Of a DNA stretch of 64,000 nt, positions 1 to 8,971 are shown piece after piece. Within the stretch, counting starts at the first letter, position 1, and each line of letters begins with the position of its first letter. The position numbers were made by a program, and so were the translations under genes. The notes beneath the pieces are model-generated. The model saw only the letters and a list, made by a program, of their open reading frames with translations, did no database searches and was not told where the DNA came from. Source of the stretch: a virus (Duplodnaviria > Caudoviricetes); IMG/VR virus record IMGVR_UViG_3300049744_000068, positions 4,975 to 68,974 of that record; one strand, 5' to 3'.

Positions 1-2
1 TC

Positions 3-404
3 AACCCGAGCAAGGCGGATGCACTGAAGGACGACCCGACGATCCAGGCCTGCTGTGCCATCGCCAGGAACCTCGGCAAGGACGGGATCGAAGTCGTCAA
101 CATGTACGCCTACCGGGCAACAGACCCGAAGGATTTGGAGGCCGCGGGCTACCCAATCGGGCCCGACAATCAGCAGTGGATTTCGCTGGCCGTCACGCAC
201 GGCGACAAGAACCCCGTCTGTGCTTGGGGGGCTGGCGCACAACCGGAGCGAGCGCGCGAGGTGTTGCGGTTCATCCGTGACCGCGGCGCCGTACCGCATG
301 CACTGAAGCTCAACAACGACGGCAGCCCAGCTCACCCGCTGAGTCGCGGCAAAGGTTTCATTCCGCTGACTACCAAGCCTTTTCCGTACGAGGTGGCGTC
401 GTGA
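3..404 (+). CDS. DUF1643 family protein (5' truncated by window)
   Basis: Open frame from base 3 reads NPSKADALKDDPTI...NMYAYRATDP...AWG...HPL, the DUF1643 motif pattern. Confidence 0.85.
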   Translation, partial: NPSKADALKDDPTIQACCAIARNLGKDGIEVVNMYAYRATDPKDLEAAGYPIGPDNQQWISLAVTHGDKNPVCAWGAGAQPERAREVLRFIRDRGAVPHALKLNNDGSPAHPLSRGKGFIPLTTKPFPYEVAS

Positions 405-478
405 CTGCAGTGCTCGTCGCATTCCCTCTCTGGCTAGCCACCGGCGCCTGCCTGTGGGGATTGAAGGTGCCGCAGTGA
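401..478 (+). CDS. Possible 25-aa hydrophobic peptide
   Basis: GTGA overlaps with both neighbouring genes; VTAVLVAFPLWLATGACLWGLKVPQ. Confidence 0.35.
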   Translation: MTAVLVAFPLWLATGACLWGLKVPQ

Positions 479-1026
479 CCGTCACGAAAGCCCAACTCCA
501 AGACCCGCGCTTTCATTCATATGAAAAGTGCCTGGCGACCGGTTGTAAGCCGATCGAGTGCAACTGCGGAAGGTGCGGCAGTCCGGCGCTGATCATGCCG
601 GCCCTCACGACGCAGACGCCGTCCACTGGCACACTGATCTGCCCGTCGTGTTGGCACCCGGTAATTGGCCGGATGCTGCTCACGGTCGCCAAGCAAGGCG
701 GGCGCTCCTACATCCGCGCCAAGAAGTGGCAGCCCTTCGTTCAACAGCTGCTGGACCTTGGTCTGCTGCGCGACGAAGGCGACGGCTACTATGCGCTGAC
801 CCCACCTGCCCTGTCTGTGCTCTGGGTAAAAGAGAAAGCAGGTTGGGAATTTGAGAATGCCCATGCTCGCGGCTGGTACCGCAGTGTGCGCCTGAACGGT
901 GACTGGGCCTCTGGTTACTGGTCGCACGGTGACACCGGGCACTGGGTGCACCATCGCTGGGGCCCATCCCGTAAGCCGTGGCCGATCAAGGGGCATGGGA
1001 TGCTTCGTTACGGAGATGCCGCATGA
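475..1026 (+). CDS. Hypothetical protein with CxxC motifs
   Basis: GTG start, CNCGRC and CPSC motifs, ATGA coupling to next gene. Confidence 0.6.
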   Translation: MTVTKAQLQDPRFHSYEKCLATGCKPIECNCGRCGSPALIMPALTTQTPSTGTLICPSCWHPVIGRMLLTVAKQGGRSYIRAKKWQPFVQQLLDLGLLRDEGDGYYALTPPALSVLWVKEKAGWEFENAHARGWYRSVRLNGDWASGYWSHGDTGHWVHHRWGPSRKPWPIKGHGMLRYGDAA

Positions 1027-1943
1027 TCGAACTCACCGAGTCCAAACTCAATGTGCTGCGCTACTTGGCGGAGCATCCCGGAAAGCATTCACTTACCGCG
1101 GTTGCGGGTGCACTTGGCTACACAGCGCCGTCAGGGCTTCAGACGCAGGTGCCTGCGCTGGAGGAGCTGGGCCTCATCACGTGCACACGCCTCAGGCAGT
1201 TCAAGATGCTGGAGATCAGCGCTCGTGGCCTTGAGCGATTGAATCAACGCGCCGAAGGTGCCGCAGAGGAACCGGCGGTGACCCCGGCTACGGCCGTATT
1301 GCACCCCAAGTTTTCCCAGGTGCTCGATCTGATCCGCGCACACATCTCGCGCCAAGGCATCGAGCCCACGGTCGGGTCGCTCGCCGCCAGCATCGGCCTC
1401 AACAATGTTGGCATTGCGCTGCGCTTGGAGGTGATGTGCGCGAGAAAACTCGTCAAGCGGCACACGTTCGGTAACCGCTCGTTCGTAACCCTTTACGGTG
1501 CCGAGTGGAGCGATCGGGCGCGGGCCGGCGAGGTCATCAATTCGACGGGCAAGCGTCGTGGCCCGTTGCCGGATGATGACGGCGACGCGTCTGCCAAGAT
1601 CGCGGCGGAACCGCCGGTGCAGCCCACGAAGCCGGCAGCCAAACCCGGCCAGCAATGGAAGGGTCGCACCGTGGACCCGGGAACTCCACTGACGCGAGCC
1701 GACCTAGCACCCATCTTCGAACGCCTGGGTGAGCTGGTAGCCCGCCTCGAAGCCGTTGAAGCGCGTCCGATTGCGACTGCCCCAGTGACGCTGGCCCGCG
1801 GAGGCAATTCGCGCCTGGAGGCTCTGCATTGGGTCAAGCAAATCCACAGCACATCACTCGGCCCACAAGACTTCATTGCGAAGCTGAACGCCGAGATCAC
1901 GCGCCTGATGCCGCAGCCTGAGCATCTTCGGAGGCAGGCATGA
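1023..1943 (+). CDS. Tandem winged-HTH (LexA N-domain-like) DNA-binding protein
   Basis: Two wHTH-like segments, second VLDLIRAHISRQGIEPTVGSLA resembles the LexA N-domain; no S24 peptidase motifs. Confidence 0.6.
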   Translation: MIELTESKLNVLRYLAEHPGKHSLTAVAGALGYTAPSGLQTQVPALEELGLITCTRLRQFKMLEISARGLERLNQRAEGAAEEPAVTPATAVLHPKFSQVLDLIRAHISRQGIEPTVGSLAASIGLNNVGIALRLEVMCARKLVKRHTFGNRSFVTLYGAEWSDRARAGEVINSTGKRRGPLPDDDGDASAKIAAEPPVQPTKPAAKPGQQWKGRTVDPGTPLTRADLAPIFERLGELVARLEAVEARPIATAPVTLARGGNSRLEALHWVKQIHSTSLGPQDFIAKLNAEITRLMPQPEHLRRQA

Positions 1944-2104
1944 TCCCCACGATCATCCTGTACCAAACGGTGGATCAGATCCGCGCCGTTCATGACGACG
2001 CGGCGGTGCAGCTGCTACGCGACCTGATCGAAAAGGCTCGCTACGAGCAGCCCGCAGAGGAGCGGGCCGGGGTCATTGCTGAAGGGAGCGCCAAGCAGCC
2101 ATGA
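1940..2104 (+). CDS. Small hypothetical protein (54 aa)
   Basis: ATGA overlaps at both ends. Confidence 0.5.
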   Translation: MIPTIILYQTVDQIRAVHDDAAVQLLRDLIEKARYEQPAEERAGVIAEGSAKQP

Positions 2105-2688
2105 GCTTGAACCCCGATGATCGCACAGACTTGCCGCCCGCAGAAACGCGGGAACAACGACGCTCACGCCGCAAGCGGGAGATTCGCGCAACGACGATCA
2201 ACATCAAGCGCATGACCAAGCGCGAGCTTGAGGTGGGGCGGGCAGAGTTTCCGCTGGAGCTTGGTTGGCGGCCGCTAACACGCGGAGACTGCGTCGATTT
2301 GGTTCGCCCGTGTCCGTTCGTGGCGTGTCGGTACCACCTGTTTGTGGATGTGTCGCCCGTGACCGGCGCGATCAAACTGAACTTTCCGGATCTGGAACCC
2401 GACCAACTGCAGCAATCCTGCGCGCTCGACGTGGCCGATCGCGGCGGCACGACGCTGGAGGATGTTGGCGCGATCATAAATTTAACGAGGGAGCGGATCC
2501 GACAGGTGGAAACGAAGGCCATGGCCAAGCTGGAGCTGGCGCGCGAGATGCTGGTCGTCCGCGAGCTGGTAGACGAGGGGCCTCACGGCAAACGTCGGCT
2601 GCCGATCTTGGTCGAGCCTGACGAGGACAGCGACGACGACTTCGAAACGGACACTGATTGGAACGAGGAAGAGGAGGTTGTCGCTTGA
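2101..2688 (+). CDS. Cys-rich, sigma70 region-4-like HTH protein with acidic tail
   Basis: [27 protein letters not shown] is a sigma-4 HTH; [12 protein letters not shown] and SCALD Cys/His cluster. Confidence 0.8.
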   Translation: MSLNPDDRTDLPPAETREQRRSRRKREIRATTINIKRMTKRELEVGRAEFPLELGWRPLTRGDCVDLVRPCPFVACRYHLFVDVSPVTGAIKLNFPDLEPDQLQQSCALDVADRGGTTLEDVGAIINLTRERIRQVETKAMAKLELAREMLVVRELVDEGPHGKRRLPILVEPDEDSDDDFETDTDWNEEEEVVA

Positions 2689-2954
2689 TCTGGCTCATCG
2701 CACTATCAACCCTTTCAGCGCTGCTCGTCGCCGTCTGGTTCGGCTTCAAGCTGGGGACCGAGCTGCAGGCCAGACACACAGCCAGGCAGGAGGCCCGCGC
2801 CGTGCAGTGGCGCAAGGACTACTTCGCCGTCCGTGATGCGCTGGTCGCTCTCACGCTGCGCACGCGTGCGATGCACCCGACGTTCCAGCCGGAGCAAATG
2901 ATCCCAATTCACGTCAACGGGCCGTTCACGATCTCGAAAGGCGGGAAGGCTTGA
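2685..2954 (+). CDS. Small membrane protein
   Basis: GAGGAGG SD, TTG start, N-terminal hydrophobic helix. Confidence 0.55.
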   Translation: MIWLIALSTLSALLVAVWFGFKLGTELQARHTARQEARAVQWRKDYFAVRDALVALTLRTRAMHPTFQPEQMIPIHVNGPFTISKGGKA

Positions 2955-3730
2955 TGGTGCGCTACGACTACAAGAAGACCGGTGTCTCGCGCACCGGGAT
3001 CAGCCGTGTTCCCGTGGAGCGACCAATCTTGTTCAGCGGACCCATGGTGCGCGCGATTCTGGACGGTCGGAAAACGCAGACTCGTCGCGTAATGTCTCCG
3101 CAACCAGTCCGGTCGTTGCCTAACACCAAGCCTTGGGTTGGAGGCCTAGACAACGGAACGATCCATTGCCCAATGGGATGGCGCTGGAAGAATCAATACT
3201 GGGCAGACGACAATGGTCTGAAAGGGAGAGGCCCGGTTGTCTCGCCATATGGCGGAATGTTTCAGCGGATGTGGGTGCGGGAGACGTTCGGTTTTCTCCA
3301 GTATCCTGGCGACCACGACGACATCGTTTGGCAAGCAGACAGAGCAGCCGCCCATTGCAATGCGGCTCGCGACGCGTGGTCTGGTGACGTCTTCTATCTG
3401 GAAGCAATCACTGAAACCAAGTGGCGCCCATCAATCCACATGCCCCGCTGGGCATCGCGGCTGACGCTGGAGATCACGAGCGTCCGGGTTGAGCGACTGC
3501 AGGACATCAGCGAGGAGGATGCGAAGGCGGAGGGGGTGACGCTCGACACGGTGCCAGCAACCATCAACGGCAAGCCTGGGACGTTCACTCCGATGACGCA
3601 CAAGGTTGCGTTTGCCTATCTCTGGAACCAGATCAACGGCAAGCGCGCCGGTTGCTCGTGGGCCGACAATCCTTGGGTATGGTGCATTTCCTACAAGCGG
3701 TTGGAGGTGGGCAATGCCGATCAAGCCTGA
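2951..3730 (+). CDS. ASCH/PUA-like phage protein
   Basis: RPILFSGPMVRAILDGRKTQTRR, WRPSIHMPRWASR, RVERLQDISEEDAKAEG, NPWVW. Confidence 0.8.
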   Translation: MMVRYDYKKTGVSRTGISRVPVERPILFSGPMVRAILDGRKTQTRRVMSPQPVRSLPNTKPWVGGLDNGTIHCPMGWRWKNQYWADDNGLKGRGPVVSPYGGMFQRMWVRETFGFLQYPGDHDDIVWQADRAAAHCNAARDAWSGDVFYLEAITETKWRPSIHMPRWASRLTLEITSVRVERLQDISEEDAKAEGVTLDTVPATINGKPGTFTPMTHKVAFAYLWNQINGKRAGCSWADNPWVWCISYKRLEVGNADQA

Positions 3731-4136
3731 AAACCGCCACCACTATGGGCCGGAATGGCGCGCAATCAGCAAGCGCATTCGCGAGGTACGCGCTGGCAAC
3801 AAGTGCGAGCAGTGCAAGGCGCCGAACGGTGAACCCATCGAGCGCGGTGATGGTCGCAACGCCGATACGTACCGGTTGCTAGCCACCGGCGAGGTGTTTA
3901 ACGCCGATGGTGAATCACTGGGCTATGCGCGTGGCGATGAATACGACACCGCAAAGCGGCCGATCGTCGTCGTGCTCACGGTAGCCCACCTCAATCACGA
4001 CCCCTCTGACAATCGCGAAGAGAACCTGAAGGCGCTATGCCAGCAGTGCCACCTGCGCCACGACAAAGACCAGCACGCCGAGTCAGCGCGCACCACACGG
4101 CGAGCCCGCAAGGTCGCACGGGAGCTGTTCACATGA
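3714..4136 (+). CDS. HNH endonuclease-like protein
   Basis: CEQC ... LTVAHLNHDPSDNREENLKALCQQCHLRHD. Confidence 0.85.
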   Translation: MPIKPENRHHYGPEWRAISKRIREVRAGNKCEQCKAPNGEPIERGDGRNADTYRLLATGEVFNADGESLGYARGDEYDTAKRPIVVVLTVAHLNHDPSDNREENLKALCQQCHLRHDKDQHAESARTTRRARKVARELFT

Positions 4137-4441
4137 GCGTCTCGCAACCATCCGCCGGCCTGATGGAGTTCGATGTGACCGTTTACTACGAGGTCAAGCT
4201 CACCCACGTCGTGACGGAAATCCGGGCTGCAGCCGTCACCAGGCAGGCGAAGTCCGCGCATGCAGCGATTGCCGATGCCATGCAGGAGGTCAGTCACGAT
4301 CTGGGCGTGCTTGCCACGCACGCTGAATGCACGGCGCGTCGGGATGTTCCCAAGGCCGCTGAGGAGGCGAAGGTCGAGAATCCGTGGATCTCGCTGGAGA
4401 CAGAGAACAGCGACAACTGGGACAAGGAGGAAATACCGTGA
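4133..4441 (+). CDS. Hypothetical protein
   Basis: ATGA/GTGA coupling with neighbours. Confidence 0.55.
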   Translation: MSVSQPSAGLMEFDVTVYYEVKLTHVVTEIRAAAVTRQAKSAHAAIADAMQEVSHDLGVLATHAECTARRDVPKAAEEAKVENPWISLETENSDNWDKEEIP

Positions 4442-4938
4442 GGACGGCGCTCTATTTATGGTGGCTGCGCGTCATCTACTGGTGGGCCTCGAAGCTGCCA
4501 ATGCGGGCGTACGGCAGTGAGAGTGGGACGTACCTAGAGCGCTACGTGCGCCGCGATGGCGATCCAAAGGATGGTGAAGAGATCAAGCGCTTCGCGTGGA
4601 ACAGCTACTTGCACCGCTTCTGTCGCAGCGATGAGGACCTCGACCTTCACAACCATCCTTGGCGGTGGGGCTTTGGGATCATCCTCTGGGGGGGGTACAT
4701 CGAAGAACGATTGATGCCGGATGGCTCGATTCGTGCGAAGCGTTTCGGGCCCGGCGCCTTCAACTTCGTGACGCGCAACACGTTCCACCGCGTCGACCTC
4801 ATTCGTCACGAGTGCTGGACGCTTTTCTGGACCGCGCCAAAGCGGTTCGATTGGGGATTTTGGAACCGGGAGACACGAGTGTTCACTGAGTTCAGGGAAC
4901 GCCTGCGCCAACGTGGGCTGGAACCGAGGGAAGAATGA
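4438..4938 (+). CDS. Cupin-fold phage protein
   Basis: LHNHPW...GGYIEE and FHRV metal-ligand motifs. Confidence 0.65.
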   Translation: MRTALYLWWLRVIYWWASKLPMRAYGSESGTYLERYVRRDGDPKDGEEIKRFAWNSYLHRFCRSDEDLDLHNHPWRWGFGIILWGGYIEERLMPDGSIRAKRFGPGAFNFVTRNTFHRVDLIRHECWTLFWTAPKRFDWGFWNRETRVFTEFRERLRQRGLEPREE

Positions 4939-5483
4939 TCAAACCGAAACGCAAAAAAAAGCGCGGCCAACGGATGGCTGCCAGCACCACGTCAAAACAG
5001 GACTACGGCACACCGACGGTCTTCACGGACGCTGTTCAGAAGCGCTTCGGCAAGATCGTGTTCGATCTTGCAGCCCACAACGATGGCAGCAACGCCGTGG
5101 TGGATCGCTGGTACGGCCCACGCGACAACTCGCTCGAGCAACGGTGGCACCGCATCTCGAAGCGGGGGCTGCTATGGCTCAATCCCCCCTTCGAGCGGAT
5201 CGATCTGTGGGTCAAGAAGTGCGCGGCTGAAGCGGCGCTCGGCGCTCGTATCGCACTGCTGATCCCAGCGAGCATCGACGCCGTGTGGTTCCGTGAGCAC
5301 GTGCTCGGCAAGGCGATGGTGCTGGGGCTGAGTCCACGGATCACGTTCGTTGGTGAGACTCACCCGTACCCCAAGCCCATGATGCTCGTCGTCTACGATT
5401 CGGGCATGCACGGGTTCGATCAATGGCGTTGGAAACCAACGCGCAAGGAAGCACAGGAGGCAATATACAATGCGATGCGATGA
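4935..5483 (+). CDS. Phage DNA N6-adenine methyltransferase (Dam-like)
   Basis: YGTP, FDLAA and WLNPPF motifs. Confidence 0.85.
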   Translation: MIKPKRKKKRGQRMAASTTSKQDYGTPTVFTDAVQKRFGKIVFDLAAHNDGSNAVVDRWYGPRDNSLEQRWHRISKRGLLWLNPPFERIDLWVKKCAAEAALGARIALLIPASIDAVWFREHVLGKAMVLGLSPRITFVGETHPYPKPMMLVVYDSGMHGFDQWRWKPTRKEAQEAIYNAMR

Positions 5484-6354
5484 CAAGGGCTTATCACTCA
5501 ACAAACGAGAACTGAACGCGCTACTGAGGTTTTGCGACGACGACCCAGAAAGCTCACTCGACTTCGTTCAATTCAAAATCGACGAGAAGTTCTGCGAGGC
5601 TTACGCGACCAACGGGTTTGCGTCCGTCCGTGCTGCTGGACCAAGTGTCAGCGACGAACGGATCGGCGAGTGGTTCGTGCACCGCGACTTCATTGCGCTG
5701 TGTGCCCGGACCCTGGAGTCCGATCAGGTGTTGGTGTTGGCATTCTCGGGCGCCAGCATCAGCGAAGCCACCATCATGAAGGATGGTGAGGAGGTCGGAA
5801 ACGTGGGGTGGCCTCGCGATGCCGCAATCGCGCAGAGCAGCATCAAGTTCCCCGATATCGCGACCCACATCCCCAAGGGCTCGCCCAAGGACGGGTGTGG
5901 GCTGCTCGCTGCGGGTGGCTCCTACCTCGCGCTGCTGGCCAAGGTCGAGCAGGCCGCCGATTGCACCGGCGTCGAGCTCTTCATTCCCAGCGATCCCGAC
6001 AAGCCCATCAAGTGCCGCGTGGGCGCCCACAAGGACACCGTTTGGACCGTCGTGATCTGCACGATGCGCCTCGCTGACCTCGGCAAGGAGCTCGAGAGCG
6101 AGCAGGAAGAGCGACGGACGAAGCGCGGCAGCAAGAAGCAGCCGTCGCTTCCTGGAACGGAAGACGATGTCGACGCTGCGGTCGCCGAGGCAGGCTCGAA
6201 GTTCAGAAGCAGCATGCAGGACATTGCCGACGACGCCGGCGCTGACATCTCGTTCACGTCTTCGGTTGGCGGCAAGAAGGTTGGCAAGAGCGTCACGTTC
6301 AAGAGCCGCACGAAGGCAACCAAGAAGAAAGCCGGCAAGCGCTCCAAGCGATGA
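5470..6354 (+). CDS. Truncated DNA polymerase III beta-clamp-like protein with charged tail
   Basis: YATNG (cf. ATDG), FPDIATHIP (cf. FPDY..VIP), YLALL...P...VICTMRL resemble clamp domains. Confidence 0.5.
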   Translation: MRCDDKGLSLNKRELNALLRFCDDDPESSLDFVQFKIDEKFCEAYATNGFASVRAAGPSVSDERIGEWFVHRDFIALCARTLESDQVLVLAFSGASISEATIMKDGEEVGNVGWPRDAAIAQSSIKFPDIATHIPKGSPKDGCGLLAAGGSYLALLAKVEQAADCTGVELFIPSDPDKPIKCRVGAHKDTVWTVVICTMRLADLGKELESEQEERRTKRGSKKQPSLPGTEDDVDAAVAEAGSKFRSSMQDIADDAGADISFTSSVGGKKVGKSVTFKSRTKATKKKAGKRSKR

Positions 6355-6518
6355 CGACTGTCTCTTTCGACCACGGTGAGGAACCGAGTTCATGGCCCAT
6401 CGCACGGCACTTGGCGAGGTTCTATCGGAAGCAGGGTTTCGACGCGAAAGCCCGTAGGGGCGTGTGCACCGTGGTGTTCCAAAAACCGAAACGCAAACAA
6501 CGAAAAAGAAAACAGTGA
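6351..6518 (+). CDS. Small basic hypothetical protein (55 aa)
   Basis: ATGA/GTGA overlaps at both ends. Confidence 0.5.
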   Translation: MTTVSFDHGEEPSSWPIARHLARFYRKQGFDAKARRGVCTVVFQKPKRKQRKRKQ

Positions 6519-7099
6519 CCCAATCGATCCGCTCCAAGGCAGTGCAGCTCGGCTTCGACGGCCGCAAACCCAAGGTGGTGGACCGCCCGTTTGATCGCCA
6601 TGCTGCGCTCGCCTTTGCGCGCGACGCGCTGACTCGCCCCCCGGTGGGTCCGTACGTCGTGCGCGTGGAGCCGGTCGGTGACCTCGTCGCTGAGTTCGTG
6701 CTGCCCTTGGAGCTGTGTCAGCCTCAGAACCGCAAGGGCAAGGCTGCCGCGTGGGCGCACGACCGAATCCAGCGTGATCTGTTCGCGACGATGCTTGCCC
6801 AATTCGGTGGGCGACGGCGAGAGAAGCCACTGCCCGGTCGCCCGCAAGTACTCTCAATTCGCTTCTCGTCGAACCAGCCCGACAAGTACGCGGACTGGGG
6901 GAAAGTTGCGACAGACCGGCTGTGCGTGCACGTCGAGCGCATCATGAAAACGAAGCGCGGTCGCAAGCGATCGCCAAACCTGAAACTCGGCATCATTCAC
7001 GATGACGCGCCCGAGTATGCCGATGTGAATCAATGGTGGGAGAAAGCAACCCAGGCGCAGGGCTGCGTCTACATCCGAGTTTTCACTGGAGAATCATGA
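6515..7099 (+). CDS. RusA-like Holliday junction resolvase
   Basis: PDKYADWGKVATDRL...IIHDD approximates the RusA PDxDNxxK...D...DD pattern. Confidence 0.55.
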   Translation: MTQSIRSKAVQLGFDGRKPKVVDRPFDRHAALAFARDALTRPPVGPYVVRVEPVGDLVAEFVLPLELCQPQNRKGKAAAWAHDRIQRDLFATMLAQFGGRRREKPLPGRPQVLSIRFSSNQPDKYADWGKVATDRLCVHVERIMKTKRGRKRSPNLKLGIIHDDAPEYADVNQWWEKATQAQGCVYIRVFTGES

Positions 7100-7428
7100 C
7101 CCTTGAAGAATGGTTAGCGGTCGCGCCACCCGAGATCACCGGTGAGATCAAGACCGTCGTTCGGTATCTCGTCACGCGCAAAGCAGACGAGCAAACGATC
7201 ATCGCAGCCGTGTGTGCTGAGCATGGGGTGACGTTTGAGCAGATCAGCGGAAGCAAGAAGCTTTCGAAACGGCTATCAGATGCCCGCCACGCGTGCCTGT
7301 TTGCGCTTGAGGAGGTTGGCTTCAGTTCTTGTGAGATCGGCGTTTTCTTCGGGTGTGACGGCTCAACAATCCGGCATGCCATCGATCGTCGCCGCGCTCG
7401 ATACTTGAGGGGGATCGCAGCCGAATGA
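7096..7428 (+). CDS. DnaA domain-IV-like HTH protein
   Basis: IIAAVCAEHGVTFEQISG...ARH...SSCEIGVFFGCDGSTIRHAI. Confidence 0.7.
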   Translation: MTLEEWLAVAPPEITGEIKTVVRYLVTRKADEQTIIAAVCAEHGVTFEQISGSKKLSKRLSDARHACLFALEEVGFSSCEIGVFFGCDGSTIRHAIDRRRARYLRGIAAE

Positions 7429-8348
7429 ACTTCGCCGACGAGGACTATGTCCGTTTCTACACGCGCGACACCACCACATGGAAGATGATGGGGTGGCAGG
7501 CGCGCTGCGTCATGGCGCTAATGCTAAAGGGCAAGTTCGATCGCTCCGGGGTATTCGACTCGGGCGGTCACAACATGTCACACGCCGTCACAGCCGTGAT
7601 CACGCTACCGCTGGAGCATGTCGAGGTTGGATTGGCTGAGCTTCTTCAGATGAAGATTTGGACTCAGAAGGGGGCGCTGCTGATATGGCCAAACTACGTC
7701 GAGGCTCAGAATTGCCGTCGCTCAGACCGCGCTAGGCAGGCGGAATCACGACGGAATCGGGCAACCGAGGCTATGGAGACTGGTGTGACAACTGTCACCA
7801 GCAGTCACACGCCGTCACAACATGTCACTCCTAGCCAAGCAGAGCCTAGCCAAGCAGAGCGATCTATTTCGTCGAGTTCGGGCAAGCCCTCACCCGACAA
7901 GAGAGTACTTAATGATGCGATTCGTCAGGTTTGGGAATTCTGGAAGGCCGACACACACCACCCCAAGGCCATCCTCGATCCCAAGCGAAAATCGTTCATC
8001 ACGAAGCGGCTCCACGAAGGCGCGACTGTCGAAGAACTGTGCGCGGCGATCCGCAATCGACGCAACGATCCGTGGTTGATGGGTTCAGGCGGCAAGGTCT
8101 TCGACAGCATCCTCACTTTGCTGCGTGATCGTGATCAGGTGGAACGACTCGCAGCGTTGACCGAATCGGCGACGGGTGAGTATCCAGCCGAGACACGCGA
8201 ACAGCGCGACGCGCGCGAGATGGATGCGCTTGAGCGCAAGGCTCGTGCTGGGAAATACACCGACAAGATCACCGAACAGGCCCGCAACGGAACGTTGAAC
8301 GTTGCCAAGCTCCACAAGTTCATGCGTGACAAGGGGATCCCAATATGA
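7425..8348 (+). CDS. Phage replication initiator (lambda O-like architecture)
   Basis: Position in early operon, Ser/Thr-rich linker carrying iteron-like repeats, C-terminal VWEFWK...A I.N...DPW domain. Confidence 0.7.
   Translation: MNFADEDYVRFYTRDTTTWKMMGWQARCVMALMLKGKFDRSGVFDSGGHNMSHAVTAVITLPLEHVEVGLAELLQMKIWTQKGALLIWPNYVEAQNCRRSDRARQAESRRNRATEAMETGVTTVTSSHTPSQHVTPSQAEPSQAERSISSSSGKPSPDKRVLNDAIRQVWEFWKADTHHPKAILDPKRKSFITKRLHEGATVEELCAAIRNRRNDPWLMGSGGKVFDSILTLLRDRDQVERLAALTESATGEYPAETREQRDAREMDALERKARAGKYTDKITEQARNGTLNVAKLHKFMRDKGIPI
7567..7591 (+). repeat. Three GTCAC motifs at 10-bp period (iteron-like)
   Basis: GTCAC at 7567, 7577, 7587. Confidence 0.7.
7785..7859 (+). repeat. Putative replication origin: four GTCAC at 10-bp period, one inverted copy, 15-bp tandem repeat
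   Basis: GTGAC 7785; GTCAC 7794, 7804, 7814, 7824; CCTAGCCAAGCAGAG at 7830 and 7845. Confidence 0.7.
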
Positions 8349-8971
8349 CGAACGATCACGAGCAGCGAGCAGATGCGATGGCGCGGTTTTACCAAAACTG
8401 GGAAGCGACCAAGCCACCACCGATCAGCGCTCCAAGGCAACCACCGGTCCTTGTCGATCACAATTGGCGTCGAGAATTGGATGAGCTTCACGAACTTGAG
8501 CGGGTGTGTGGTTCACTTGCTGTCGATGTTGTTCAGGTCTTCGACGGAACGAAGTTTGATGCAAACCGTGCCAACCGACGGATCAAGTTGCTAGGTAAAC
8601 ACGCTCGCAGGCTGATCGATGCGGCGCGTGAACTCCTCATCCCGGCTCGCGAAGTGAAGCGATTTGCGCTGCCTGATGGTCGGGTTCGACTGGTGTACAG
8701 CGACGGGCGACTCTTCACCACGAACGAGCCGGACACTGGGAAAGGCTTTCTTGTTGGGACGTGGTCGGACTGTCACGAGTACGAGGTGATCCGGTGGCAT
8801 CGCGTTGAGGATGGTTTGCCCGCGCAAAATCAATACGTCATGGTGGCATCGAAGCATGGTGCGTTGGTCGGGATACAGTTCCGTGACGGCGCATGGCTTG
8901 GCTCGAACGGTGTGCGCATAGCTTTTCCACCGACGCACTGGGCGCCTTACCCAAAAGGGCCACGCCAATGA
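8345..8971 (+). CDS. Hypothetical protein with C-terminal DUF551-like segment
   Basis: WHRVEDGLP...PTHWAPYPKGP. Confidence 0.6.
   Translation: MTNDHEQRADAMARFYQNWEATKPPPISAPRQPPVLVDHNWRRELDELHELERVCGSLAVDVVQVFDGTKFDANRANRRIKLLGKHARRLIDAARELLIPAREVKRFALPDGRVRLVYSDGRLFTTNEPDTGKGFLVGTWSDCHEYEVIRWHRVEDGLPAQNQYVMVASKHGALVGIQFRDGAWLGSNGVRIAFPPTHWAPYPKGPRQ

Noticed and set aside
5554-6573. 339-aa minus-strand ORF
   Set aside because: Shadow of the clamp-like gene; no start context or motifs
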